64,000 nt of DNA from IMG/VR virus record IMGVR_UViG_3300029505_000002, one strand, 5' to 3'. The notes under the pieces are model-generated. The model had not been told where the DNA came from and did no database searches. It worked only from the letters and a program-made list of their open reading frames with translations. Below are positions 36,647 to 45,396 of this stretch, piece by piece. The position numbers and the translations under genes are program-made. Every line of letters begins with the position of its first letter. Position 1 is the stretch's first letter. The stretch comes from a virus. Its lineage: Duplodnaviria; Heunggongvirae; Uroviricota; Caudoviricetes.

Positions 36647-37450
36647 TTAGTCAAAAATTATTTCATCATTATTTTCACGATCGCTAACATAACAATTTGT
36701 TGTTACTAAATGTTTCAAATTGTTTTCTATAATATCATGAGTATTATTTGCTCTTGATATATGTAAAGTAATTATATTTTTAACATCTACACCTTTTTCT
36801 TTCATATAATTAAAAAATTTAATAGCTTCCGAATTTGATAAATGACCAAATTTACTTAAAGTTCTTAATTTGTTAGAACAATGTCTATCACTATTCATTA
36901 ACATTTCTTCATCATGATTTAGTTCTATAATAAAATTATTGCATTTCATTGCTTCTTTTTTAATAGCATTTGAAATGAATCCACAATCAGTAAGATAAAG
37001 AGTGTTTCCATTTATTCTAAAACCTAATGTCTTATGAGCATCATGGTAAGATGTAAATGGATAAAAAGTTAAATCTTTAATAGTAAATTCTTCATTTTCT
37101 TTTATTAAAACAAATTCAGCTTTATATTCTTCAGATTTTCTTCTATCTATATAAGAAAGTCTTTTTTCTTTTCTTTCCTCTTCTCCTATTAAATGTTTTT
37201 CATGTAAATAAATAGGAATATTTTTTTCCATAGCTAATCTGCCAGTCCATTTATTAAAATGATCTGTATGTTCATGAGTTATAACTATACCATCAAAAGT
37301 AACTTCTTGCATAATTTCCTCTAAACATTCTTGCATTTTAGTTTTACTTTTAAATCCTGCATCTATTAACACATTAGTATCTTTATGGTTAATCCATACA
37401 CAGTTCCCATCACTACCTGTTTGGATTACTTTAATCTTCACTTTTATCAC
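36647..37450 (-). CDS. metallo-beta-lactamase-fold hydrolase
   Basis: VLIDAGF... then ITHEHTDH (HxHxDH zinc motif). Confidence 0.6.
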   Translation of the reverse strand: MIKVKIKVIQTGSDGNCVWINHKDTNVLIDAGFKSKTKMQECLEEIMQEVTFDGIVITHEHTDHFNKWTGRLAMEKNIPIYLHEKHLIGEEERKEKRLSYIDRRKSEEYKAEFVLIKENEEFTIKDLTFYPFTSYHDAHKTLGFRINGNTLYLTDCGFISNAIKKEAMKCNNFIIELNHDEEMLMNSDRHCSNKLRTLSKFGHLSNSEAIKFFNYMKEKGVDVKNIITLHISRANNTHDIIENNLKHLVTTNCYVSDRENNDEIIFD

Positions 37451-37697
37451 TCCCTTTTAAAATTAATTCTTCTATTTCTGATAATCTTTTATATATAACT
37501 TCTTTACCATCGTATCTAGCAAAACTTGAACAATTAGATTTGATATTTTTGTCTTTAAAACATAAACGATCTGTTAATTTAACAAATGGATAATTTTCAA
37601 TGTTAAAAAAACATTTTCTACAATCTCCACATTCCTAAACTCTTAAATAGCAATCTTTATATTTAAAAATTTCTCCAACTTTATATTCTTTTTCCAT
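37434..37697 (-). pseudogene. interrupted copy of the small Cys-rich paralog family (in-frame TAG at codon 21)
   Basis: translation MEKEYKVGEIFKYKDCYLRV*ECGDCRKCFFNIENYPF...LSEIEELILKGSDKSED parallels the 41362..41610 protein (MEYKVGEVFKYKESYVLVEEGNSCENCFFNFEDYPY...ITEIEFLILKGEKE); not reported by the ORF track because of the stop. Confidence 0.55.
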
Positions 37698-37698
37698 A

Positions 37699-38010
37699 TC
37701 ATTCGCCTTTTAAAAAGCTTTTAAATTTCTTTATAGCTTCTTCTTCATTAATAGTGTAAAACAAAACTTCTATCTTATTTTTTTCTTTATCAAATCTTTT
37801 AATATAGTATTCTCTATTGGCTATATGCTCTTCGCTTTCAAACCTAATGTTATCTAAAAATAATATGCAGTAATCATTTTCGTAAGCTTGTATTCTACTA
37901 ATATCAGAATTAAAAAAATCTATATTTTCTTTACAAAAATAATTTGCTATTTTATCATATTTAGATTTTTGTAATTCTATTACATTTAATTTTCTCATAT
38001 TTCCCTCCAA
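37699..38010 (-). CDS. hypothetical protein
   Basis: 103-aa ORF. Confidence 0.4.
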   Translation of the reverse strand: MEGNMRKLNVIELQKSKYDKIANYFCKENIDFFNSDISRIQAYENDYCILFLDNIRFESEEHIANREYYIKRFDKEKNKIEVLFYTINEEEAIKKFKSFLKGE

Positions 38011-38049
38011 AATAAAAAATGAGATATAAAAATATACCTCATTTCTTTT

Positions 38050-38277
38050 TTAATTAAATTTATTACATCCGTGATTATCTTTATTTCTTTTTTTATTAGA
38101 AATACAACATAATCCTACACCGTTATAATACTCTAAAAAATCCATACATTCACCACAATCACCAATATACTTTAGTTTATTATTGCAATCTGGACATGTA
38201 GAATTCTTTTTATTTTTTCCGTGTAATTGGTAAAAGCTATATTCTTTTCCACATTTAACACATTTTAATATACTCAC
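38050..38277 (-). CDS. hypothetical zinc-ribbon protein
   Basis: 75 aa with CVKCG...CPDCN...CGEC. Confidence 0.4.
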   Translation of the reverse strand: MSILKCVKCGKEYSFYQLHGKNKKNSTCPDCNNKLKYIGDCGECMDFLEYYNGVGLCCISNKKRNKDNHGCNKFN

Positions 38278-38329
38278 TTATATAATACCTCTTAGTTAAT
38301 TTTTATTAATTAACTAAATAACATATATA

Positions 38330-39184
38330 TTAATCTTCGTCAAAATACTCTACTTCAATTATATCAATTATACATTGTAATGCTTTTTCTATTCTAGTAA
38401 GAGTTCCTTTTACAACACTTAAATCTTTTTTTATTTCTTTTTCTTCTAATCCTTCTAATATAGTAAATTGATTAGGATTTAAATGTTGTCTTATGTAAGT
38501 TATTCTTCTCATAATATTATCTATCATTTTCTTTTCATCAGGTGGATTTTTAACAGTTATTTTAGATTCATATTTAACATTATTCATAGCTTCTTCTATT
38601 TGTTTTTTACATATATCAGCATTATATACTGATTGTATATAAGGAAGTAATTTAAATAAAGAATTAGAAATCCAATAAATAGAATCTTGAAATTTCTTTT
38701 CTATTTCTGGAGAAAAAGCACCTTCATAATCCATGAATTTTTTTCTACTTTCCCAAAAGTTATCAAAGAATGAATTATACATAGCCAATTCTCCTCTACT
38801 CATACAAACTCTTAAGAATTCATTTCTTATAGATAAATAATCACAAAGATATCCATTTATAACAAACAAATTAATAAAATCCATTAAAGGTACATCTGCT
38901 TTTATTGTATTATATACTTTTTCTAAAAAAGTTTTTAAAGCTTCTTTTAATCTTGCATCATAAATATGATAATCTTTTTGATTACTTTGTTTGTATTTTA
39001 ATACTAAAAAACACATATCTATTAATCTAGTATGTTCCTTTACATACTGATTATTTGCATATCCTAAATGTACAAATATTTTATAATCTTGTTCTGTTAA
39101 AGCTTTTTTAAAATAATCATTTATAGCCTTCGTTCTTCCATCAAGAGTATTCAAATCTATTTTTTTCTTTTTTAATTTTCTCAT
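38330..39184 (-). CDS. hypothetical protein
   Basis: 284-aa ORF. Confidence 0.45.
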   Translation of the reverse strand: MRKLKKKKIDLNTLDGRTKAINDYFKKALTEQDYKIFVHLGYANNQYVKEHTRLIDMCFLVLKYKQSNQKDYHIYDARLKEALKTFLEKVYNTIKADVPLMDFINLFVINGYLCDYLSIRNEFLRVCMSRGELAMYNSFFDNFWESRKKFMDYEGAFSPEIEKKFQDSIYWISNSLFKLLPYIQSVYNADICKKQIEEAMNNVKYESKITVKNPPDEKKMIDNIMRRITYIRQHLNPNQFTILEGLEEKEIKKDLSVVKGTLTRIEKALQCIIDIIEVEYFDED

Positions 39185-39196
39185 CTATTCACTCCC

Positions 39197-39700
39197 TTAT
39201 ATCATTCTATTATATCTTTTTAACCCACTATAGCTTAATCCAAATATTCTGAAAGAATCATGGTATTTAATTGCATATAGATTTTTTAAAGAAATGCCAA
39301 ACATAAAAGATATTGTTTTTAAATAATTACCTCTAGTTGGCATTTTCATTTCTTGTAAAGTTTCCAAATCTTTCCAATTAAATTTTGTTTTAGATTTTTC
39401 TTTTTCATATATTTCTTTTTCTTCTTTTGTTAATAAAAGAAAATTTCCAGGATGATAATTAAATATATTACCATCTTTAGGTATCCATGTTGTGCCTATT
39501 ACATCTAGTCCTATATATGCTCCTATTACCATTGGTAACCACCATATTTGTTTATTTATAACAACATAGTCTTTATTATTATATCTTATAGGTTTTAATA
39601 TTTTACCACTTTTTTTATAATATAGTTGGAAATTTTTTAAATTTACTGTTAATCCTTTTTGAAAACATCTTCTTAAAATTTCAAATCTTTCTGCTGTCAT
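39197..39700 (-). CDS. hypothetical protein
   Basis: 167-aa ORF. Confidence 0.45.
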   Translation of the reverse strand: MTAERFEILRRCFQKGLTVNLKNFQLYYKKSGKILKPIRYNNKDYVVINKQIWWLPMVIGAYIGLDVIGTTWIPKDGNIFNYHPGNFLLLTKEEKEIYEKEKSKTKFNWKDLETLQEMKMPTRGNYLKTISFMFGISLKNLYAIKYHDSFRIFGLSYSGLKRYNRMI

Positions 39701-40110
39701 TTTTCAATGATATCTCCTGAAACAGTATTAACGTTTCCTTCTATTTTATCAGCTTGAACATCACCAGATACAGTGTTTACATTTCCATTAATATTACCTT
39801 CTACAACAGTTATATCACCACTTGTAGTTTTTGCATTTATTATATCACCATGAATTTCAATATTTCCTGAAATAGTAGTAGCATTTTCAACCTTAGAACC
39901 TTCTTTTAAATATATTTCTATATTTACTACTGTATTATTTTCAGTATTTCCAACTTCTTTTCCATCTATAATTATTTTATTATTGCTTATGTTTATGCTT
40001 TTACCTTTATACATTTTATCATTAATAACTATATCCGAATCTCCAATTATTTTTGCACTATTAAAATTATTACTATTAACGCTATTAATCTTTTTAGTCC
40101 ATCTAAACAT
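39697..40110 (-). CDS. bactofilin-like beta-helical repeat protein
   Basis: repetitive SGNIEIHGDIINAKTTSGDITVVEGNINGNVNTVSGDVQADKIEGNVNTVSGDI pattern typical of bactofilin/polymer-forming beta-helix proteins. Confidence 0.4.
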   Translation of the reverse strand: MFRWTKKINSVNSNNFNSAKIIGDSDIVINDKMYKGKSINISNNKIIIDGKEVGNTENNTVVNIEIYLKEGSKVENATTISGNIEIHGDIINAKTTSGDITVVEGNINGNVNTVSGDVQADKIEGNVNTVSGDIIEK

Positions 40111-40124
40111 ATTTAATCGCCTAC

Positions 40125-40637
40125 CTATACTATATTATTAATTCTATCTTCCCAGTTAGTTTTATATTTCTTATAATGTTTTAAACTTCTTACATATTTT
40201 AATCTTGTTATTTTTAATTCTTTTACAAGATCACCTTTATATGAGTTTATAGCTTTTATTGTTTGTGTTCCTATAACCCCATCAGCTTCTATACCTAAAG
40301 TTCTTTGTATATTCTTAATAGCTTTAGTTGGAGATGAATGATATAACCAATCAAACACAAATGTTTTTACATCTTTATCTTTAATCTCATTTATTCTATG
40401 AGTTTTATAAATTTTGTTATAAGCAATGCTATAAGCTTTACCTTTAGTTAATCCTTTTACATCTTTAGAATAATAGTTTGTAATGCCATATTTACTTTCT
40501 TCTATTTTGTTTTTTATATATTTTGTTCCTTCATACTTTAGAGTATTTCTGTAGATTTCATTAAAATCTTCTTTACAGTATGTTGTAAGTGATGATAATA
40601 ATAAAATTATTGTTACTAAATGTTTCAAGTTAATCAC
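40125..40637 (-). CDS. secreted protein with peptidoglycan-binding-like domain
   Basis: signal peptide MINLKHLVTIILLLSSLTTYC; LGIEADGVIGTQTIKAIN resembles the PG_binding_1 motif (LG...DG..G..T..A). Confidence 0.45.
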   Translation of the reverse strand: MINLKHLVTIILLLSSLTTYCKEDFNEIYRNTLKYEGTKYIKNKIEESKYGITNYYSKDVKGLTKGKAYSIAYNKIYKTHRINEIKDKDVKTFVFDWLYHSSPTKAIKNIQRTLGIEADGVIGTQTIKAINSYKGDLVKELKITRLKYVRSLKHYKKYKTNWEDRINNIV

Positions 40638-40863
40638 TCCCTTTTAAAATCAAAACTTCTATTTCAGAAAGTTTTTCAAAATTAATATAAGGATCTCTAC
40701 AATTAATAAATTGACATACTTCATTTTCCTTATCTGCAAAGCAACACTCTTCGCAATTTGAGCTGTACCATTCATGTACTTTGCATATAGTTCCACAAAC
40801 ATCAACTATGTCTCCTTCGCTATAAAATTTATCAGAATCATATTTTTTAATCATTTTTATCAC
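40630..40863 (-). CDS. small Cys-rich protein, tandem paralog 1 of 7
   Basis: 77 aa; shared C-terminal signature LSEIEVLILKGSD and Cys pairs. Confidence 0.5.
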   Translation of the reverse strand: MIKMIKKYDSDKFYSEGDIVDVCGTICKVHEWYSSNCEECCFADKENEVCQFINCRDPYINFEKLSEIEVLILKGSD

Positions 40864-41101
40864 TCCCTTTCAAAAACAAATATTCTATCCCTGTTATTTC
40901 TTTATAATATACATCTGTTTTATCAAGTCTAGATCTACTGCTACAAGTTAAGTTTTTTCTATAACACATTTTATTTTTCTTTTCTTCTGCAATATAAGGA
41001 TAATTCACATAATCAAAAAAACATTTTAAACATTCTCTTCCTTCTGTTACTAATATATAACTGTTTTTATATTTAAACACTTGCCCTGCTTTATATTTCA
41101 T
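40847..41101 (-). CDS. small Cys-rich protein, tandem paralog 2 of 7
   Basis: 84 aa; CLKCFF...C..C...ITGIEYLFLKGSD. Confidence 0.5.
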   Translation of the reverse strand: MKYKAGQVFKYKNSYILVTEGRECLKCFFDYVNYPYIAEEKKNKMCYRKNLTCSSRSRLDKTDVYYKEITGIEYLFLKGSDKND

Positions 41102-41113
41102 TTAATCATCTTC

Positions 41114-41365
41114 TTATATTTTTATCTCTTTAATTTTGTTAAAATTCTTTTTTAATATAAGCAATTCTATTTCGCTTATTTTTTCTATAATTATATCTTT
41201 AGCATCTATTCTATACTTCCCATCACAATTAAAATAAATTGGAGGATTGCATATTCCTTCACTATAAAAAAAACAATTGTTGCAATCATAACTTTCTCTT
41301 ACTATTAGGTAATTTTCTTTAAATTTAATTATTTCACCAATTTTAAGTTCTAATCTTTTTGTCAT
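41114..41365 (-). CDS. small Cys-rich protein, tandem paralog 3 of 7
   Basis: 83 aa; CNNCFF...C..C...ISEIELLILKK. Confidence 0.5.
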   Translation of the reverse strand: MTKRLELKIGEIIKFKENYLIVRESYDCNNCFFYSEGICNPPIYFNCDGKYRIDAKDIIIEKISEIELLILKKNFNKIKEIKI

Positions 41366-41610
41366 TCTTTTTCACCCTTTAAAATTAGAAATTCTATTTC
41401 AGTTATTTCTCTATAACATACATTTGTTTTATCTGATCTAACTTCATATTCACAAAATAAATTTTTTCTATAACATACCTTATCTTTTTTTATCAAATCT
41501 GCATAAGGATAATCTTCAAAATTAAAGAAACAGTTTTCACAACTATTCCCTTCTTCTACCAATACATAACTTTCTTTGTATTTAAAAACTTCTCCAACTT
41601 TATACTCCAT
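41362..41610 (-). CDS. small Cys-rich protein, tandem paralog 4 of 7
   Basis: 82 aa; CENCFF...C..C...ITEIEFLILKGE. Confidence 0.5.
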   Translation of the reverse strand: MEYKVGEVFKYKESYVLVEEGNSCENCFFNFEDYPYADLIKKDKVCYRKNLFCEYEVRSDKTNVCYREITEIEFLILKGEKE

Positions 41611-41875
41611 TATCTCCTCCTAATAATATTAGTCTTTCTATATCAGATAACTCTTTATATATATAAGGTCGTTTATTTAAGTTGCATGGTATACCGCTAC
41701 AAGAGATTTGGTGAATATTAAAGTAACAATTTTCACACAAACTCTTATCTTTATCAATTACTTGCTTTTCAATTTTTAAAATTACATCTTCAAATTTAAA
41801 AAATTTATTTGTTTTTAACATTTTTCTTTGTTTGTCTAAATATACAATGTGATTATAAAGTGTTTCAATTTTCAT
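41600..41875 (-). CDS. small Cys-rich protein, tandem paralog 5 of 7
   Basis: 91 aa; CENCYF...C..C...LSDIERLILLGGD. Confidence 0.5.
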   Translation of the reverse strand: MKIETLYNHIVYLDKQRKMLKTNKFFKFEDVILKIEKQVIDKDKSLCENCYFNIHQISCSGIPCNLNKRPYIYKELSDIERLILLGGDNGV

Positions 41876-42095
41876 CTTTTTCCTCCATTAATACCATTGC
41901 TTCTATAGGAGACATTTCTTCAAAAATAATAGGTATTTTTCCACCTCCATAATAAAAGCATTCTTTTCCATTTGGCAAATCACAACTGAACCCATTTATA
42001 AAAAAACAATTATCACACGAATCTTGAATTTTAACTTTTAAATAAACATTTTTATATTTAATAATATTTCCTGGTTTAAAATCTTCATCATTCAT
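41865..42095 (-). CDS. small Cys-rich protein, tandem paralog 6 of 7
   Basis: 76 aa; CDNCFF...C..C...MSPIEAMVLME. Confidence 0.5.
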   Translation of the reverse strand: MNDEDFKPGNIIKYKNVYLKVKIQDSCDNCFFINGFSCDLPNGKECFYYGGGKIPIIFEEMSPIEAMVLMEEKDEN

Positions 42096-42303
42096 TTTTC
42101 GCTCCTTTCTTTTTTAACATGAGATATTCTATCTCTGATATTTCTTCAAAATGATCTTGTACATCTTTCGTTAAATCTAAACAATGAGACCTTAGTTTAT
42201 ATGGAGCTTCACAATATTTTTTATATATTTTTTCAAAATAACATCCTTTACATATTCCTTTAACAAGTTTTAAACGAACATCATTATAATTAAATATTCT
42301 CAT
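42088..42303 (-). CDS. small Cys-rich protein, tandem paralog 7 of 7
   Basis: 71 aa; CKGCYF...C...C...ISEIEYLMLKK. Confidence 0.5.
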   Translation of the reverse strand: MRIFNYNDVRLKLVKGICKGCYFEKIYKKYCEAPYKLRSHCLDLTKDVQDHFEEISEIEYLMLKKKGAKNE

Positions 42304-42336
42304 ATTATCCTCCTAATAGAAAAATGCCTAGTTGGA

Positions 42337-44181
42337 CTAGGCATTTATATCTATTATATATTTATTTTTTACTTCTTCCAATTTTGCTTCATCATCAAAT
42401 GGTTCATCTTTAAATCTATTCATAAGGAATTGTTTAAAATACTCTATACTAGGATGAATTTTAGTAAATCCTTGATGAGCAGATAGTCTACAATCACCTT
42501 TTCTATTATAGAATTGAAAACAACTCATATAATGATCATATATAATATCGTATACTATTGATAAAGGTTTATTAGTAAACGCTCTCCCAATTCTTCCTAC
42601 ACGTTGGACCGTAGAATTTCTTTCTCTTGTAGAAAACAAAAGGTATTCTATATTTAAACGATCTATAGAAAGTCCTTTATCAAAAACATTTGTCGTAATT
42701 AAAATTTTAACTTCATTATTATTTGCATCATCTATTAATTGATTTCTTTTAACAGAAGATAATTCACCAGTTATAATTCTAACTACTTGTAAATCTTCTT
42801 GTCCTTCTATATAGTCTGACTCAAACCATTCTTTGTTTTGAAGTTTTTCTATTTTATTAATAACTTTAGTTATTTCTTTTTCTTTATATTCTTGTAATTT
42901 ATCAGAATAGTGTTTTTGTATAGTGGATAGTCTAGTGTGTCCCTTCTCATAACTATTTTTTTCTTTTCTTGGTACAACTTTAAATATATCAGTATTATTA
43001 ATTTCTTCTATTTGTTTATGATATTCTTTTATAATCTTTTGATTATATTTTTCAACATCTTTAACAATAGAAGGTCTTAGTTTTAATAATAAAGTTTTAT
43101 AATATTCGTTTACCATTGTTTTTTCTTTACAAATAGCTAATTGACTATCATTATTATTTAAATGATACAACATTATATTTGTAATTTTATCTATTACCTT
43201 AGGATTATTATAATATTCATCTACTACAGTCCTAAAATCTACATCATTATTCAGATTATACTTTTCGAATAATTCATCATCTTTGATAAAAATAGGTCTT
43301 AGAATAGGAGTAACCATACTTCCAGCATCTACTAAATCTTTTCTATTAGCTTTATGTATAATAGGTCCAACTGATTCAGTTATTAGGAAATCCATTCCAT
43401 CATCTCTATATGGTGTTCCTGAAAGTCCTAATTGATATTTTGGAACAAGTTCTTTAACTATCTTTTGAATCATATCACAAGAAGCTATTTGTACTTCATC
43501 TATTATTAAAAAAGAAATAAACTTAGAAAGTTTTTTTAATAGTTCTATATCTTTAGAAAGGGTTTGTGCTGTTGCAATAATGATATCTTTATTTTCTATA
43601 TCTCTATTTTTGCCTTGAATAATTCCTATTCTACTATCATGAACTTTGGTAAATTTATGTATAGTTTCTAAGAATTGTTCTGCTAACAAATACATATCTA
43701 CAACTATTAAAGTTTTTACTTTAAAATGACAAGCAATATTTATTGCCATATAGCTTTTACCTGCAGCAGGTGGAGCAGACAAAATACTATAGTTCCATTC
43801 ATTGTTTATTACGTCTTTAATAGCTTGTTCTTGTATTTTATCTCTTGGTTTAGCATGACAAGCCATTCTTGCTGGAACACATATTCTTTCGTCAACTATT
43901 TCATCAACTTTTAACCCTAAGTTATTAACAACATCGACAAATACTGTTCTATTAGCTTTTAATACTTTAAAAACAGTTATCCCATTTTTTAATTTTTCTA
44001 CTTTATATGTTTTTACATATTGTGTTTCTGTTATATAACCTGTTATTTTTTTTCTTTTTACTGCTTTATCATATTTAGGATTTGGATAAACACATTGCTT
44101 ATCCAAATACCTTTGCACAGTAATTCTTTCAAAGTCACCATAACAATGAATTTCAAGATATTTACTTCTTACTATCTTCAA
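42337..44181 (-). CDS. SF2 helicase (DEAD/DEAH-like; UvsW/XPB-type)
   Basis: Walker A APPAAGKSY; motif II LIIDEVQ; motif III LGLSGTP; motif VI VQRVGRIGR. Confidence 0.7.
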   Translation of the reverse strand: MKIVRSKYLEIHCYGDFERITVQRYLDKQCVYPNPKYDKAVKRKKITGYITETQYVKTYKVEKLKNGITVFKVLKANRTVFVDVVNNLGLKVDEIVDERICVPARMACHAKPRDKIQEQAIKDVINNEWNYSILSAPPAAGKSYMAINIACHFKVKTLIVVDMYLLAEQFLETIHKFTKVHDSRIGIIQGKNRDIENKDIIIATAQTLSKDIELLKKLSKFISFLIIDEVQIASCDMIQKIVKELVPKYQLGLSGTPYRDDGMDFLITESVGPIIHKANRKDLVDAGSMVTPILRPIFIKDDELFEKYNLNNDVDFRTVVDEYYNNPKVIDKITNIMLYHLNNNDSQLAICKEKTMVNEYYKTLLLKLRPSIVKDVEKYNQKIIKEYHKQIEEINNTDIFKVVPRKEKNSYEKGHTRLSTIQKHYSDKLQEYKEKEITKVINKIEKLQNKEWFESDYIEGQEDLQVVRIITGELSSVKRNQLIDDANNNEVKILITTNVFDKGLSIDRLNIEYLLFSTRERNSTVQRVGRIGRAFTNKPLSIVYDIIYDHYMSCFQFYNRKGDCRLSAHQGFTKIHPSIEYFKQFLMNRFKDEPFDDEAKLEEVKNKYIIDINA

Positions 44182-44797
44182 CTTTTTCTTCTTCCTTTAA
44201 TATTTTAGGAATAATTCTATTAGCTTCCATATCAGTAAGAATAAAAAGTGTTTCTTTTATCATTGTTTCTGGTGTAACTTCTTTTTCTTCATCTATTTGA
44301 ACTTGAATATATTCATATACATTTTCAGTTAAAAGTTTTAATAAATTAATAATATCTTTTTCTGCCAATGTATTGATATTTTCTTCTTTTTTTAAAAGAT
44401 CTATAAAGTTATTAATATTATGTTCTAATTTATAAGAATAATAATCTTTTTTATTATCTTTTCTTAACCAATTAACATAAAAAAACATTAATTTATCATC
44501 TTTTATTTTTGTTTCTATTTTATAATTGTATAAAGGTTCTCCTGTTAACATATTAACTGCTTTTAAAAAACCAGTGATTACTCCGACAGGATTTTTTGTT
44601 ATTTCTGCTACTTTGTTTTCATATACTTGAATATAGTCATATAGAGTTTTAGTTCCTACAACTTCTATTACATCATCAATTATTATACTTTTGTAAAAAT
44701 CATTAAAGTTACTATAATTAGCAAATTCAGTATCTATATAATCAAAAATTTCTTTTTTAATTGTTTCTTTATTAACTACAAATATTTGTTTTTTCAT
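44162..44797 (-). CDS. hypothetical protein
   Basis: 211-aa ORF. Confidence 0.45.
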   Translation of the reverse strand: MKKQIFVVNKETIKKEIFDYIDTEFANYSNFNDFYKSIIIDDVIEVVGTKTLYDYIQVYENKVAEITKNPVGVITGFLKAVNMLTGEPLYNYKIETKIKDDKLMFFYVNWLRKDNKKDYYSYKLEHNINNFIDLLKKEENINTLAEKDIINLLKLLTENVYEYIQVQIDEEKEVTPETMIKETLFILTDMEANRIIPKILKEEEKVEDSKK

Positions 44798-44799
44798 TT

Positions 44800-45312
44800 T
44801 TATCTCCCTTGTGTCATAAATGATTTGAATTCTACATCATCATTTGCTTCTGCAATTAATCTTTTATTATATAAGCTTATTTGTTCTTTTAAATTATGCA
44901 TTATCAAATACATTTCAGCTTCGTTTAAATAAATTGAATACATTCCCTTTCCTGTTGTTGATATTAGAGAAAATTTACATTGAGCATTACCATTATAATC
45001 GCTAAATTCTAATTGAATGTTTTTTGGATCATTAGAAGTTAAATGTGGCATTTTTATATTTGTATAAATTCCATGTAATGCCTTTTCAATTCCTAATATT
45101 ACTTGTGCTGCTTCTGTATCAGAAAAGTAAGTAATCATTTTATTATCATAATCAAATTTAGCTTTTCTATCTGGAGTTACTCCTATTTGTTTTGCCATTG
45201 TAAATAGTAATACACATTTTTTAGTTAAAGTTGCTTGTAATACTGTTCCATTGTTTCCTGGTTTACAGATTTGAATTTGTGGAAATCTTAAATTTGTGTT
45301 ATCATTTGCCAT
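44800..45312 (-). CDS. hypothetical protein
   Basis: 170-aa ORF. Confidence 0.45.
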   Translation of the reverse strand: MANDNTNLRFPQIQICKPGNNGTVLQATLTKKCVLLFTMAKQIGVTPDRKAKFDYDNKMITYFSDTEAAQVILGIEKALHGIYTNIKMPHLTSNDPKNIQLEFSDYNGNAQCKFSLISTTGKGMYSIYLNEAEMYLIMHNLKEQISLYNKRLIAEANDDVEFKSFMTQGR

Positions 45313-45396
45313 GATTTAATCACCTCGATTGAATTTTTATTTAACTTTTTTATTATAACTTTTATAGTAAAAAAATACCAATTTGTTGGAGGGAAA

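Noticed and set aside
37635-37637. TAG codon reassignment (suppression) as the explanation for the in-frame stop in the Cys-rich family member.
   Set aside because: TAG, TAA and TGA all terminate long, well-supported ORFs elsewhere in the window. The four encoded tRNAs (Trp-CCA, Asn-GUU, Ser-GCU, Thr-GGU) are not suppressors.
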